From Toensbergia leucococca (lineage: Eukaryota): a DNA stretch of 20,000 nt. Within the stretch, counting starts at the first letter, position 1. Each line of letters opens with the position of its first letter. Location of the stretch: positions 112,873 through 132,872 of the forward strand of contig JALDZS010000052.1 in assembly GCA_022813965.1 (NCBI GenBank), given 5' to 3'. Of the stretch, positions 9,456 through 20,000 are shown piece by piece. The position numbers and the translations under genes are program-made. The notes beneath the pieces were generated by a model, which was not told where the DNA came from, did not search any database, and was given only the letters and a program-made list of their open reading frames with translations.

Positions 9456-12382
9456 ATGTCTATGTTCAAAAGAGCGCCCGTGGTTGGCGGTCAGGCACGA
9501 CAGGATGTCTTGACCCCACTGCGCATGGCCCAAATCGTCTCCTCAAAGCCAGTATTACCAGCAGGTAGATACTCTCAATGACCGAGGGTAGCACGTTTTT
9601 GACCCTTTCTAGAGATCCTTTCAACCATCCTGGATTTCCTCCCCGTTCCTGATCTCATCCGGTTTGCCCAATGTTCGAAGCGGATGCGGGAAATGGTATA
9701 TGACGATACTCGGTGGGTCCAAAGGTTGCAGTTGATCGGATGTTGGAACGAGCTTGATGCACGAACAAGAGCCGAAGTTGCCAGGCGCAAGACAGCTGAT
9801 GCGCAGCAAGACCATCGGGAAGAAGCAGGTAAGAGGGTTGGAATCGGGGTGGACACATCTCCTGACGCAAATACGAATGTGGAGAATCCGGGTAGATCAA
9901 GTACTACTATCTTCGATGCGAGATGGCAAGAAGCAGAGCTGCACCGGTCAGGATCTAATCGAACGAAAGGTAGAGAAAGTGATTTGAACGATGGATTTGA
10001 AGCCGTTTCCCTGTCCCCAAGTGGTAATAAAAATCCACCTTCACCTCACAGGCCACAAAATACTAGTTCCCCGCTCAATATACTATCACAAGTACAATCA
10101 GTGCGTGGTTTGGCTCGGCGGGAATATGGAAAGATTTACGGAGTACTGGCTCCCTTTTATGATGACGCAGTGCGGTGCAAGATGCATACTGATGCTAAAG
10201 TCTTTCGCACGTACCGAGATCCAGACCAACAAGCTCAGATGTTGTCTCAATTGGGAAGGTTTTCCCATAGCGACATATCACAAGGATGGCGGCAAAGACA
10301 AGAGAAGCTGCAATCTGTAACAGACGCCTTTGAAGATGCTGTATCTCGAGAGTTTGATCAAGCGCTTGAAATTGGTGATGTTGACGGTAGGTTGCGCAAG
10401 TATGCACATGTGCTTGTGAGCCTCAACGGAGGCCTACGGGGAGTGGAGAGCTTTATTACGAAGAGCCCGTGTATAGATGGAAAGCAAATGTTTGGTGATC
10501 CAATGGACTGCCTTGAATCTAGCGGCGTCGGCGCCATATCCTTTGACAAGTCTCAGGCTTTCTTCCAACAGCTCTCAATCGCTTTCAACGAGCAGATTGC
10601 CATCATTGACCAAGTGTTTCCTCCCTCTGTCAACGTGGTTATTCCTTTTTTACGTAGGATAGGAAAGGATGTTGTTGCCGAATACCTCACTGTACTATTT
10701 GATGAATCTCATGAGACGAGCATAGAATCATATTTGAAAGCTGTCTCTGCTACATATGAGCAGAGTCTTGATTTCGCCAAGTCATTGCGGCCAACGCAAG
10801 GATCAGGAGACGAGTTCTACGACACAGTTGATCAAATTATATCCAACGTTTTCGAGCCACACCTCGATCTTTATCTCCAAGAAGAAATGGAATTCTTCAA
10901 GCAGAGATCCGATGCAGAGGTTGGCGATTGGGAAAGGCAACTCTCAGAGCAAGATGCTTCCATGGCGTCCATGTACATGTCCAATGTTCATCGACAGGCT
11001 GACAAGCGTGACTTCTTGACATCCTTTAAGAAAGTCGTCATGATGCCCGTGAACGTCTTACCTACGTTTCCCATGTCGTCGCCATTCAGTGGTAAGCCTG
11101 CTACCGCAAAAGCTTTGGTCAACGGAGAGACCTTGGAGACTTTGCAGCCTTCTCCATCAGAGACGTCGACTAGGCCTTCTACGCCTAGCTTGTCTAACAA
11201 TCCTGCCTTGACCATCAATAGAGCCGCGACGCCTCTGTCGGATCCACCTACCACTGAGCTTGCCGCCAAAGCCGCAATAATGAACTCGAGGCTGGAGGGC
11301 ATCCGCTCTCTGTTCAGTATAGAGGTTGCACTCAATCTTGTGCACAACGCCAAATCCAGTATTGAAAGAGCGGCCGTATTTGTGAAGTTGGGAAGCCATT
11401 TCAGCGGAGATGTGCGCAAACAATGCGAAGGCATCTTCATTCTGCTCTTGCAGATCTTAGGCACTCGTCATATCAAGGCTGGCTTTGATCAGGCGGTGGA
11501 CCACTTGTCCAAGTACAATCCTCGAGAAACTGGTGAACATAGTGAGCCTGGTGTCACACCCCTGATCATCTTTTTGGAGCTCGTCAATGTAGGCGATCTT
11601 ATTCAGCAAATGCTTGACGTGTTTTACGAGCAAGAACTTATAGCTACAAAGCTCACGGACCGGAGCGACTTCCTTGATCCTGCGGTAAAGGAGAAGAAGC
11701 GCTTTGAGCAGATGCTCGATGAACGAGTCGCTGCAGGCCTGAACAGTGGTATTGAAGCACTGATGGCTGAGGTGGAATTCGTTTGTGCTACTACTCAGTT
11801 GGTCGAAGACTTTAATCCCGGCGTATCTGGAGACGCAAACAACAGCGCCAGTAACATAGGCCCCAGCAGGACAGCAAAGCAGGTCGTAGAAGTGGTATCC
11901 TCCCATACGAAGATGCTGATCGGGAGCACGGACAAAAACATGTTGGACGTCTTCAATCAAGAAGTAGGACTACGGTTGTTCACAGCATTATGTAAACACC
12001 TGAAGAGGCAACGTGTTAGCGTCGACGGTTCTATCAAGCTAATATGGTAATAAATCCTCTCCTTTTTCCACTCTTTCTTAGGTACAAATCACTAACCCAC
12101 GAAAAATGTAGCGACATGAACCACTACTTTATGTATGTTCAAACCCTCAAGAACCAAAACTTGCTGCAATACTTTGTGGCGTTGCGGGAGTTGGTGCAGA
12201 TTTATCTCATTGATCCCTCGGATGCGAAGGAGCTGGCTACAATCATTGCGGATGGAGATCGATTCAAGGGCATTTTTCGAGCAGAAGAGGTGTACGAGTT
12301 TGCGGAGAGAAGAGCGGACTGGTACCAAATTAAGAGGAGAGTTGAGAGAGCAATGTACGGTATAGGCTGCTTGGTCATGTAG
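9456..12382 (+). CDS. RCY1: F-box/Sec10-domain endocytic recycling protein Rcy1 (recyclin-1, Pof6-like), 3 exons
   Basis: Exons 9456-9564, 9613-12046 and 12112-12382. F-box LPAEILSTILDFLPVPDLIRFAQCSKRMREMVYDD, then Sec10-like helical region (FLELVNVGDLIQQM, KKRFEQMLDERVAAGL, DVFNQEVGLRLF). Ends in a CAAX box (CLVM*). Confidence 0.93.
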
Positions 12383-13720
12383 CGAAATACTCAAGCAATC
12401 GGCTTTGATTTTCTTTTTGATCGCCGACAACGGCAATCTGATATGCACAGCTGAATACGTAGAAGAGATAGGATTTAGGGGGAGTCTGATACTTCATTAG
12501 CCCCCTCGACGCTTCATCGGCACTTACTATCCTTTCACGTATGTGATGAATGGTGGGTTTTGCTTCATTTGCTACTTGATGATCAACTGAAATTTCTCTA
12601 ACTTCCTTCGTTCCTACACATCACCCTGATCATGTTACTATTCTCTTCCCTCACTCTTTCTCGGCTTCTTTACATCTTCCATCTATAACGGCACTGCGTT
12701 TCTTCTATGCTGCGTCTTCCTTTTCTTTAATTCTATACTAGGCATATTCAATTATCGTCTGAAAGAATTGAGGGCTTATATAAAATTTGATACTATGATG
12801 ATCGGAGAAGGGAACGGCCGACAATCCTTTCAGTAGGTATTGAACGTCCCTCAAATTTATCATGCTTCGTTAAAATAGGAGGAAGCTATGCTTTAGTCAA
12901 TTCAATTGATTGCTCTTACTACTGACGATCATGATGAACAGAGAAAAAGGTGAGAAACCGTGTCATCACTCCGAAGTGATTGTCCTTGGCTTGCTGGTAG
13001 CTCATGTCGAAGAGCATGTTCAGACCACTAATTTGTAATATGTTTCGCTTCTCCATCAAATTGATCAGAAAGCACATCATGGCGATGCGCTCGGAGATGC
13101 TACGGTATCTGATCGTGATAAACGCTCAGATAGAAGATTATATCGGGAGTTATAGGGGTTGGATTATGGGCAAGTTCTGACTTTCCGTATGTATAAGAAC
13201 GGTTACCACTACGTATGGCGAACTGAACGCCAAATCCTTGAATGATAGGCTTGTTGAGAAGAACCAGCAAGAAGCCCATCATCATACTGCTTTCACCACT
13301 CGAGTACAGCTGAACCAAATATAGTTTGCTGTAATCATGGAAATCGAGCGAAGTCTCGGCGGCGACCTCTCTCCGCCAGTCTCAAAGAAGGCCATCTAAA
13401 AGATGCTTCTCATGACAAGATTCTTGATTCAGAAAGATAATGGACGACCGGTAAACCATATTCTCGGTAGTAGCCCAGGGGCGAAGCAGAAAGGAGACAG
13501 ACTACCAAAATACTCATCAGTACAAACATATCCGAGGATCTAGATCGAAGTTGTGCATGCTGAGGTTGTGGGGCATTAGGGTCACCGAGCATCTGCAGAA
13601 TTGAAAAAAAATTCGCAACTTCATCAAAGATCATCAGGGGAAGAATTATTCAACTCAGTTACATCAAACCTTATATTATAAAGCCGCCCAAGATTAAGAT
13701 CAACAATACCATTCAGTCTT

Positions 13721-13758
13721 GATTCAGTTTGACTGAAACTACTCACTCAAACTGAATC
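13721..13758. repeat. Perfect 12-bp inverted repeat with 14-nt spacer
   Basis: GATTCAGTTTGA (13721-13732) and TCAAACTGAATC (13747-13758). Confidence 0.9.
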
Positions 13759-13772
13759 TCTTTTTATCTCAC

Positions 13773-14441
13773 ATGAATAAGGCTGACCCTTGCGCATGTT
13801 CAAGAAAAGTATGAAAAAGAGAAGATGAAGCTGAATTCTGAAATCATACACTGAATATTGAATGAGCTAGGTCAGTACACTTAACTTCAAGTGAAGACAC
13901 TACTAACTTGTGATTAGATGAATATGATGACAGCTTGCATGTGAGTCACAGATGTTAAACAGAAATGTCAGAACTGTGCATTTTCATATCACATTCTGAC
14001 ATTGAGACATCAAGGGTGAACACAGAGAGAAAAGTGCATCATAGTGAATCACAATGCTGTGACTGTGCGCAGAAGGAAAGAATGCCCTGCTTGATCTGTA
14101 AGGATCATATGTCTGTGCATGATGAAGATGAGGAGCTTGTAGATTGAAAAATCAATCTGAATAGGGAGGTACTGACTGTAAAACAAAAGAGATATACTGA
14201 AGCTGAGACAAGGGAGAATAGAAACGTCAGAAAGAGGGCAAAGAAAGCACAGATCACTGCTGCTGCAAAAGCTGAGAAAGATGTGTCAGCAAAGAAAGTT
14301 AGAGTCAATAGAAGAAGAGGATTAGAAGAAGAGAGTGAAGAGAGTGAAGAGAGTGAAGAGAATGAAGAGAATGAAGAGAAAGACGGCAGCCCTGTCATAA
14401 TAGCAAGGACATGCAACTTACACGTGGCACCAAACACTTGA
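13773..14441 (+). pseudogene. Degenerate His-Cys box (His-Me finger, zinc-binding loop) endonuclease-like reading frame
   Basis: One frame from ATG 13773 is interrupted by six stops (TGA 13812, 13839, 13863, 13911, 14145; TAA 13956). It reads LHVSHRC*..LCIFISHSDIETSRVNTERKVHH..CCDC..RMPCLIC, resembling SHLC..C..P.HL..E....N..R..C.C..PC. It lies in CpG-depleted DNA. Confidence 0.55.
14328..14381 (+). repeat. 9-bp tandem repeat (GAGAGTGAA/GAGAATGAA), about 5-6 copies, encoding EES/EEN
   Basis: Direct reading: three GAGAGTGAA from 14331, then two GAGAATGAA. Confidence 0.9.
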
Positions 14442-14870
14442 ACACCAGACAAAAGGCGGTTCAGGATATATACCGAGCGCAATGACGGCTTTTTCATACC
14501 CTATTGGGCAGTATAAATGGCGCAAGTACTATGCGAATGCTACTTGATCATAAAAAACAGATTGGCTATCGAACGATGGACCAAAATTCATTGTAAAAGA
14601 GTGTGAAAGAGTCGAGGAAGTTGAAAAATTTCGCCCAGGCACTGACGTTCCTGATAGAACACTCCTGTCAGACTGCAGGTATCCGAGCCACGATTTGAGC
14701 ATGATCCCGCGTCCAGAAGTAATCATAAGAGCCATAACGAGCGGGCCCACAAGATCTTGATTCCAACCGTAGCGACCAGTAAGAGATAGACCAGAACATT
14801 TTTGAGAGTCGTTGCGAATGTTTGAGGTAAAAAGAGGCTCTGCAGATGTACGGCAGCTCTTTTTGATTGA

Positions 14871-15060
14871 TTGCTGGGAGGTTTGTTTTGGACTTACTAC
14901 AGCCTGAGAAAAATCTCCGCCATCATGGCCCTGAAGTTTCCTAAGAGTTTTGAGGATCTAGACTACTTCATCGGACTAACTGGATGGCTTCGCTCATTCC
15001 ATTCCAGGATACGCCCAAAAGGTGGAATCCTTACAAAGACGAAAGACCATGTTGACGAGG
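14871..15060 (+). mobile_element. Ty3/gypsy LTR-retrotransposon pol fragment (RT / RNase H connection), frameshifted
   Basis: FGLTTA / KISAIMALKFPKSFEDLDYFIGLTGWLRSF / IPGYAQKVESLQRRKTML across small frameshifts matches the gypsy K..AI....P.....L..FLGL.GW.R.FIP.YA....PL pattern. Confidence 0.8.
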
Positions 15061-15144
15061 GATCTAAGAGTAAAGAAAATGGGCCTAGCGGAGAAAGAAA
15101 GATTTGCACGATCAGAATGGCATTCAACGATCCTAGCACCCACG

Positions 15145-16212
15145 AGTCTGGCCATAACAATGGTAGCAAGCTTGAGCTTGAATACAACAAAGTGACAAAC
15201 AACAATATCCTTTCAGTCAGTGATGAAAGGCCTACATGGTGAGTGGTGATAGCTTCTGAACCTTCTCTTGAATGATTGAATCATCTGGTAGAAGTAAGCC
15301 ACACTTATAGTTTCACTACATGTGAATTTTAATTTTCACCTGTTCCCTAAATACTCATACAATAATCCTTAAACCAACTCACCTTCATCTTAGACACCCT
15401 TCAAATAACACTTGATCAGCCTTCTGTACTTCACTAACCTTCAAGGCTTGAAGTCTGTCTACTGCTGTTCACATGAGCTCAAAACTTTTCTAAGCACTAA
15501 GAACAAGGTGCATTACTCTACAAAACTTCTCTTGTCAACTCTCTTACTCTAAATTTCTTACTTTACTTTCAAGGCTTAGGCATAAATCTACACTCTGACC
15601 AGCGCTCTTATGAGTACATAATCTTTGAGTCAGTAAGTCTTCTGAACCTCTTCAGCTTCATTTACTAAGCCCTCACACATCTTGTTATAGTCTCAACATA
15701 TTGACATCAACATCACATCCTCTTGTCAGTAATGAATCCTCAGCAGCCTATTATTGACACAGAAGATGCTTAAGATCTTGAGTTGAAGAGGCTACTCACA
15801 TCAGTGATAGCTGAGACAAGAAACCATATCTTCAGAAACTGATTCTATCACTGACATCAACCTCATCTTCAGCCAGGCCCGCTGACTCTGACTATGAGTC
15901 CGTCTGTCAGCAGCATTGAAATTTCAGCATATCTGACCAGCAAAGAGAGCTTCATCTTCATGAGACTCATTGATAGTGTTGTGAAAAGAAAATCTGACAG
16001 GAGTTCATGAAAGATTCAGACTACACAGCTCATTCTGTTCAGACATTCAGAGAATGACACTTCAGGCTCACAAGACTGAAACAGAGTTATGACAAAGATG
16101 GGAATTTGCATCTGATTTTTCAAGAGAGTGTCATGTTCATCAGAGTTTGAGAAGCTGTGATTAAACAGAGTCTGTGAAGCACTGAATATTAGACAGCTTT
16201 GATTTGAGATGC
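15145..16212. repeat. CpG-depleted, mutation-riddled block (RIP-like or methylation-deaminated repeat remnant) of unknown family
   Basis: By-eye count finds only about 3 CG dinucleotides in ~1070 bp, with abundant TG/CA. The + strand from ~15732 reads as protein-like frames with repeated TGA/TAA/TAG stops. Confidence 0.65.
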
Positions 16213-16617
16213 CGTTGCGTTGAAGGAAATTGCAGCGGCCAGTCAACAACGACGTGATAATTCAAAAGCCGTGAGGGAGGCAAAGGAAGCTGAGTCAAGT
16301 TTCCAAAACCCTCCACACGAATCCTCAACCCCATCTGTCGGATATCAAACCGCGAGATCACAATTCACCCCTGGATTTATGACCCTGTGAAGAGAGGGGG
16401 GTACAAGATGCAGGCTGAAGGACTCCACAATCGGGATACCGGAAAGCTGCTCCTAGATGGTGTGATGAATAAATTCAGCTTATGATTTCGGTATCGGGTT
16501 ATCACCATACTTGATAGTTCACAAGGCCGTCGCAGAGAATTACGCTGCCTGCGCTAGGAGAAGGTCCAATTGTACCGGGACATACATACTTCCTATGAAG
16601 GTGCCCAGCTCCATGAT

Positions 16618-16620
<3 letters not shown>

Positions 16621-16654
<34 letters not shown>
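16621..16654. repeat. (CT)17 microsatellite
   Basis: Direct reading. Confidence 0.97.
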
Positions 16655-16656
<2 letters not shown>

Positions 16657-17555
16657 GTCCCTCAATTTGGCGATGAATGGTGAGAGTTCGTTCAGTACAA
16701 CCGCAAGCAGGATCATCAGGTCTAAGAAACTGCGCCACCTCAGACACAAGCTTTTGATCATTGAACATATATGCAAATCGTTTACACAGGCAATTTGCAG
16801 CATTACAATCATGGGAGAAGATCAATGATGATAAGAGTGTAATGACTGTTGTCAAAGATGAAGAAAGTTGAAGAGGGACACAATGCAGCTTTCAAGGTGA
16901 TGATGCTATCAAACTGTTGCAAGAAAATGCGCTTGTAAACACCTGACTTACTGTATGATAGAAAAATTACTTGAGGTTCTGACTGATAGAATCACACTTT
17001 CCTCATCAATTTGTAGTATCTGCTACGCATCAAGAAGTTGCGAGAAGATCATTGAGTTGTTGATACTCTTTTTAATGACGGAATGATTCCGGGCAGCGGA
17101 ACAGATCCGGGTGATAGACTGTTTTCGAACTGATGAATAGGTAGTCCATTTGCCCCTGAGGAGCTCAAAACTCATCGACATGACCATTTGGTTAATAAGC
17201 GGTGCGATCTGCTGGTCAATTGGCAAGAGCCATCTGTTGATGCCTTCGGAACCCATGCGAGCGCAAGGCAGTATGTTGGTCGACGAACACCCAATTTATG
17301 ATTGAAGCGCATCGCAAACATTGCAAGCCCAGTCTCGTCTTATAGCCAGTCCATATAGGTTTTGCACCATGAGACCTCTCCTGCTATCTTTGCGAGCCAT
17401 ACTTTTTTCATGAACAAAGCTGCCTGTATTTGTCCAAAATTGGGTTTTACTTATAGTCTGGAGTATCGCTTTGTTATCTTGCTTTCTCGTTTGCCCATTT
17501 GAGTAAAGGAAGATCAAAAAGTCTGCAACAGTGTGTAGTTGCCTAAAGTCCGGTC

Positions 17556-18512
17556 ATGTTACCGTCAATTGAGTCGGCTTCCTTTCTTCTTTTTTGTCTT
17601 CCAAGTCTTGTATTCGCTTCGCCCTACCCTCTTGCGTCAAGCGTACGTTCAAGGAAGAGGTACGAAGTCCGTTCTGGCGCAACGATTCAAGGTATCAAAT
17701 TGCTAAAATCCGCGTCTCTTGTCAACAGAATTCTCACGTCTGACCTGAATGTTGCCCCCTATTTTGCAGCTCCCTCCAGCCCTATGGTCCCTCTCTTGAT
17801 CACTCTCATGCATGCTCATCATTCGGATATCTCCCTTGTCAAACGCGACACATTCCGCCCTGTCTCATGCAACGGCTACCCAGGCCTTGACGCCAACGCT
17901 GAGCCGTGGGTCCCCAAGGCATCGCACTGCGTCCCTGCCGAGAGCCCGCAACACTACGTGGTCGAGTGCTTCTCCCAAAGCCTATATGCAGCTAGCTTAC
18001 TCGCAAACGTTTTGAGTGGTACAGATCATCCTCTGAACGAAGTTATCTCATCCACTCAGATCATCCGAGACTCTTGCAATCCCACCGAGATCTGCGTCCA
18101 GATCGATAATGGAATAGTCAGGTCCGGTTACCCCGCTCTTCAACAAGCCATATGCGTGTCCACTGATGATTACGCTCGCATCGCTACGTCAAACGACGAA
18201 AAGGTTTCGTCGTCAGGGAGTTATCAGGTCCCTGCTCCTCCTGGGGTTTACTTGGCAGATGCGGTACTGACAGGTTCTACTATGACAACAAAATTAGAAG
18301 CGAAGTCGTTGGGATTGCATGCGTTGAAGAATTTGGGGACAGTGAATCATGTGCCCCATTATGCTGGTGTAGCCAGTGGGAGCGCACAGTGTGAGAATTG
18401 TTCGCTGGTTCAGTTGCAGCCGGTTCCAGAGGGGGTGGATTTGTTGGCTGCGGATGTGGTAATTGACGGGGGCGGAGGAACGGGGATGTTGTTCTTGACG
18501 ACGTTTTCTTAG
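17556..18512 (+). CDS. Putative secreted cysteine-rich protein of unknown function, with a probable 78-nt intron at 17692-17769
   Basis: 318-codon ORF with a hydrophobic signal peptide ending VFA|SP, Kex2-type dibasic sites (RKR, LVKR) and 8 Cys after LVKR. Intron signals GTATCA..CTGAC..TTTTGCAG are in frame. Confidence 0.8.
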   Translation: MLPSIESASFLLFCLPSLVFASPYPLASSVRSRKRYEVRSGATIQGIKLLKSASLVNRILTSDLNVAPYFAAPSSPMVPLLITLMHAHHSDISLVKRDTFRPVSCNGYPGLDANAEPWVPKASHCVPAESPQHYVVECFSQSLYAASLLANVLSGTDHPLNEVISSTQIIRDSCNPTEICVQIDNGIVRSGYPALQQAICVSTDDYARIATSNDEKVSSSGSYQVPAPPGVYLADAVLTGSTMTTKLEAKSLGLHALKNLGTVNHVPHYAGVASGSAQCENCSLVQLQPVPEGVDLLAADVVIDGGGGTGMLFLTTFS

Positions 18513-18884
18513 GCGAACAGGGAAGGATTATGGGAGGCGGGAGATTTCTCTTGGTACCATGTGGTCTTGTCGCGATGAAGTTTCCAAGGGGCTCTGCTCT
18601 GGTTTCTGGTGGTCTGTCTGGCGTTTGCTAAGTCTTCCAGAGTCAGAGGTATATAGCATTTTTTTTCCTGGCTAGGCTCTGACAAAAGTCTTTACAGAGC
18701 AGTGACATTTGTTTATCGCACGATGAAACTTGGTTTTTGCTAAGGATACCGAGACAGGAAGTTGGTCGATCATGATGATGACTTCATTCGTCTGTCCCAC
18801 CGACCGTAGGTCGCGATGCAGGATAAGCCCTTCTATATGAACTATACTCAATGAGGCATAGTACCTCACCGGCGCCAGAAAATC

Positions 18885-18916
18885 GGAATACCAGAATACC
18901 AAAATACCCAAATACC
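18885..18916. repeat. 8-bp tandem repeat (nnAATACC) x4
   Basis: GGAATACC AGAATACC AAAATACC CAAATACC. Confidence 0.85.
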
Positions 18917-18921
18917 GGCTA

Positions 18922-19516
18922 CTGATAATCCTACACCCCATTTTGATACCCCCCCCAACTAGGGCCCGGGCGCAAGATCACGGAGGGAAAACTCGCGATT
19001 CCATACCACATTTGCACTTGATTCTCTACCTCTATGCAAGCCATTTATGTGTCCATTTGCGTGCCATCTAGAAGCCAAATTACCTAGGAGAAAAACCATG
19101 CTTTTGTATCACGTCCTGACTTGATTCCCTCACCCCAGGGCGCACGATCACCCCCCGGGCGCAAAAACATCATGATTTTGCAAGCTATCTACCTTATTCC
19201 AAAATCATGAAATACTCTGTTATCCACAGGAAATTGAGTCACAATGGGGTGCGAAATCAAGTCGGAATGGGGTGCGAAAATTGAGTCGGAATAGGGTGGG
19301 AAATCGAGTCAAGATGAGGTAGAAAAGCATGAAGATTCCCTAGGTAAAGCTTGCTATTAAATGGCACGCAGTTGAGGAGGTAGCTGGCATGCAATAGAGG
19401 TAGAGAATACAGTGCAAACGTGGTGTGGAATCGTGAGTTTTCCCTCCGTGATCTTGCGCCCGGGCCCTTAAGGGGGGGGGGTGTATATGTATCAAAATGG
19501 GGTGTAGGATTGTCAG
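18922..19516. mobile_element. Non-coding foldback / MITE-like element with ~215-bp imperfect inverted arms
   Basis: Arms ~18922-19136 and ~19296-19516. Perfect blocks of 34 bp (18961-18994 / 19435-19468) and 23 bp (18927-18949 / 19489-19511); alignable similarity continues inward. Confidence 0.8.
19230..19322. repeat. ~23-bp imperfect tandem repeat x4 inside the foldback element
   Basis: Units at 19230, 19253, 19276 and 19300, consensus roughly GAAATYRAGTCGGAATGGGGTGC. Confidence 0.85.
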
Positions 19517-19730
19517 GGGCCATACCCAATTAGCTTCCGACTTTTGTTACCTTTTCGACCCCCTAGGACCTAGGCCTTGAAGTTCGATCTTTTCCTTCTA
19601 TATACCAAAAGGATTCAATGCTAGCCCTGTTGTGCGACAGCTTGTACGGCTCCAAATTGCCCCAGGAGTCGTGTACGTATCATGTAATTGGCCGCTTTGA
19701 CTACCAAACTGGGCGAGTTCAGTAGTTCTC

Positions 19731-20000
19731 TTATTTCTTGTCGTCGCGATTAGTACACGACGTCGTGTCATGGTTGCCAGCGCAATGCCCGCATTTCTGG
19801 TTAGTTGCTGAGCATTGAGTCCCGATGTGGCCATATTTGTGGCATCTGAAGCATTGTTTCAGGCGACAAGCCCTATCATAATAGACACAGTCTCTTATTT
19901 CGGAGTTGACGACACCCCTTTATCTATCGCCCGGTTTGCGTCTTCCGGTCTATCGAATTCTACTATCATGGAGGAGGCCTTCTTGGTCATAGCTGACCTT
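19731..20000 (-). mobile_element. Tad1-like LINE (non-LTR retrotransposon) ORF1/gag remnant, running off the window edge
   Basis: Minus strand reads KKASSMIVEFDRPEDANRAIDKG, then after a frameshift at ~19915 VVNSEIRDCVYYDRACRLKQCFRCHKYGHIGTQC..KCGHCAGNHDTTSC..*. Two zinc knuckles (CX2CX4HX4C, CX2CX3HX4C). Confidence 0.85.

Noticed and set aside
10988..11960. Long antisense ORFs over RCY1 (likewise over RRP17 and securin)
   Set aside because: Shadow ORFs of real genes on the opposite strand.
12047..12111. Internal TTAG|GTAC in RCY1 intron 2 suggesting recursive splicing or a stwintron
   Set aside because: The sub-introns would be only 35 and 30 nt, and the first lacks a branch site.
12900..13320. 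Protein-like minus-strand fragments (..LFDMSYQQAK.., ..HNPTPITPDII..) faintly resembling Mutator-like transposase motifs
   Set aside because: Similarity too weak to support without a search.
16502..16855. ORFs with RERERE / SLSLSL tracts
   Set aside because: Artefacts of the (CT)17 microsatellite.
19220..19228. TTATCCACA, a perfect bacterial DnaA box next to iteron-like 23-bp repeats
   Set aside because: Single 9-mer in clearly eukaryotic, intron-containing DNA with no Rep gene; plausible by chance.
19230..19322. 23-bp repeats as a CRISPR-like array
   Set aside because: Repeats are contiguous with no spacers, and the context is fungal.

Overview
Intron-rich fungal (Pezizomycotina-type) genomic DNA in two parts. 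Bases ~416-12382 form a compact block of conserved genes reconstructed by hand from GT..AG introns. These are a VOA1/BIG1/Ac45-like ER membrane protein (-), RRP17/Nop25 (+), tropomyosin (-), securin-like (+), a DUF3602/Par32-like protein (+) and the F-box/Sec10 protein RCY1 (+), plus a frameshifted BTB-family remnant. Bases ~12400-20000 are accessory and repeat-derived. They hold CpG-depleted mutated blocks, one hiding a stop-riddled His-Cys-box (His-Me) endonuclease-like reading frame behind a perfect 12-bp inverted repeat. They also hold a Ty3/gypsy pol fragment, a cysteine-rich secreted protein, a ~600-bp foldback/MITE-like element and a Tad1-like LINE ORF1 remnant. A structured intergenic segment around CCCTAACCC at ~5.8 kb is flagged as a speculative ncRNA candidate. 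All family calls come from motif recognition by eye; no database search was run.
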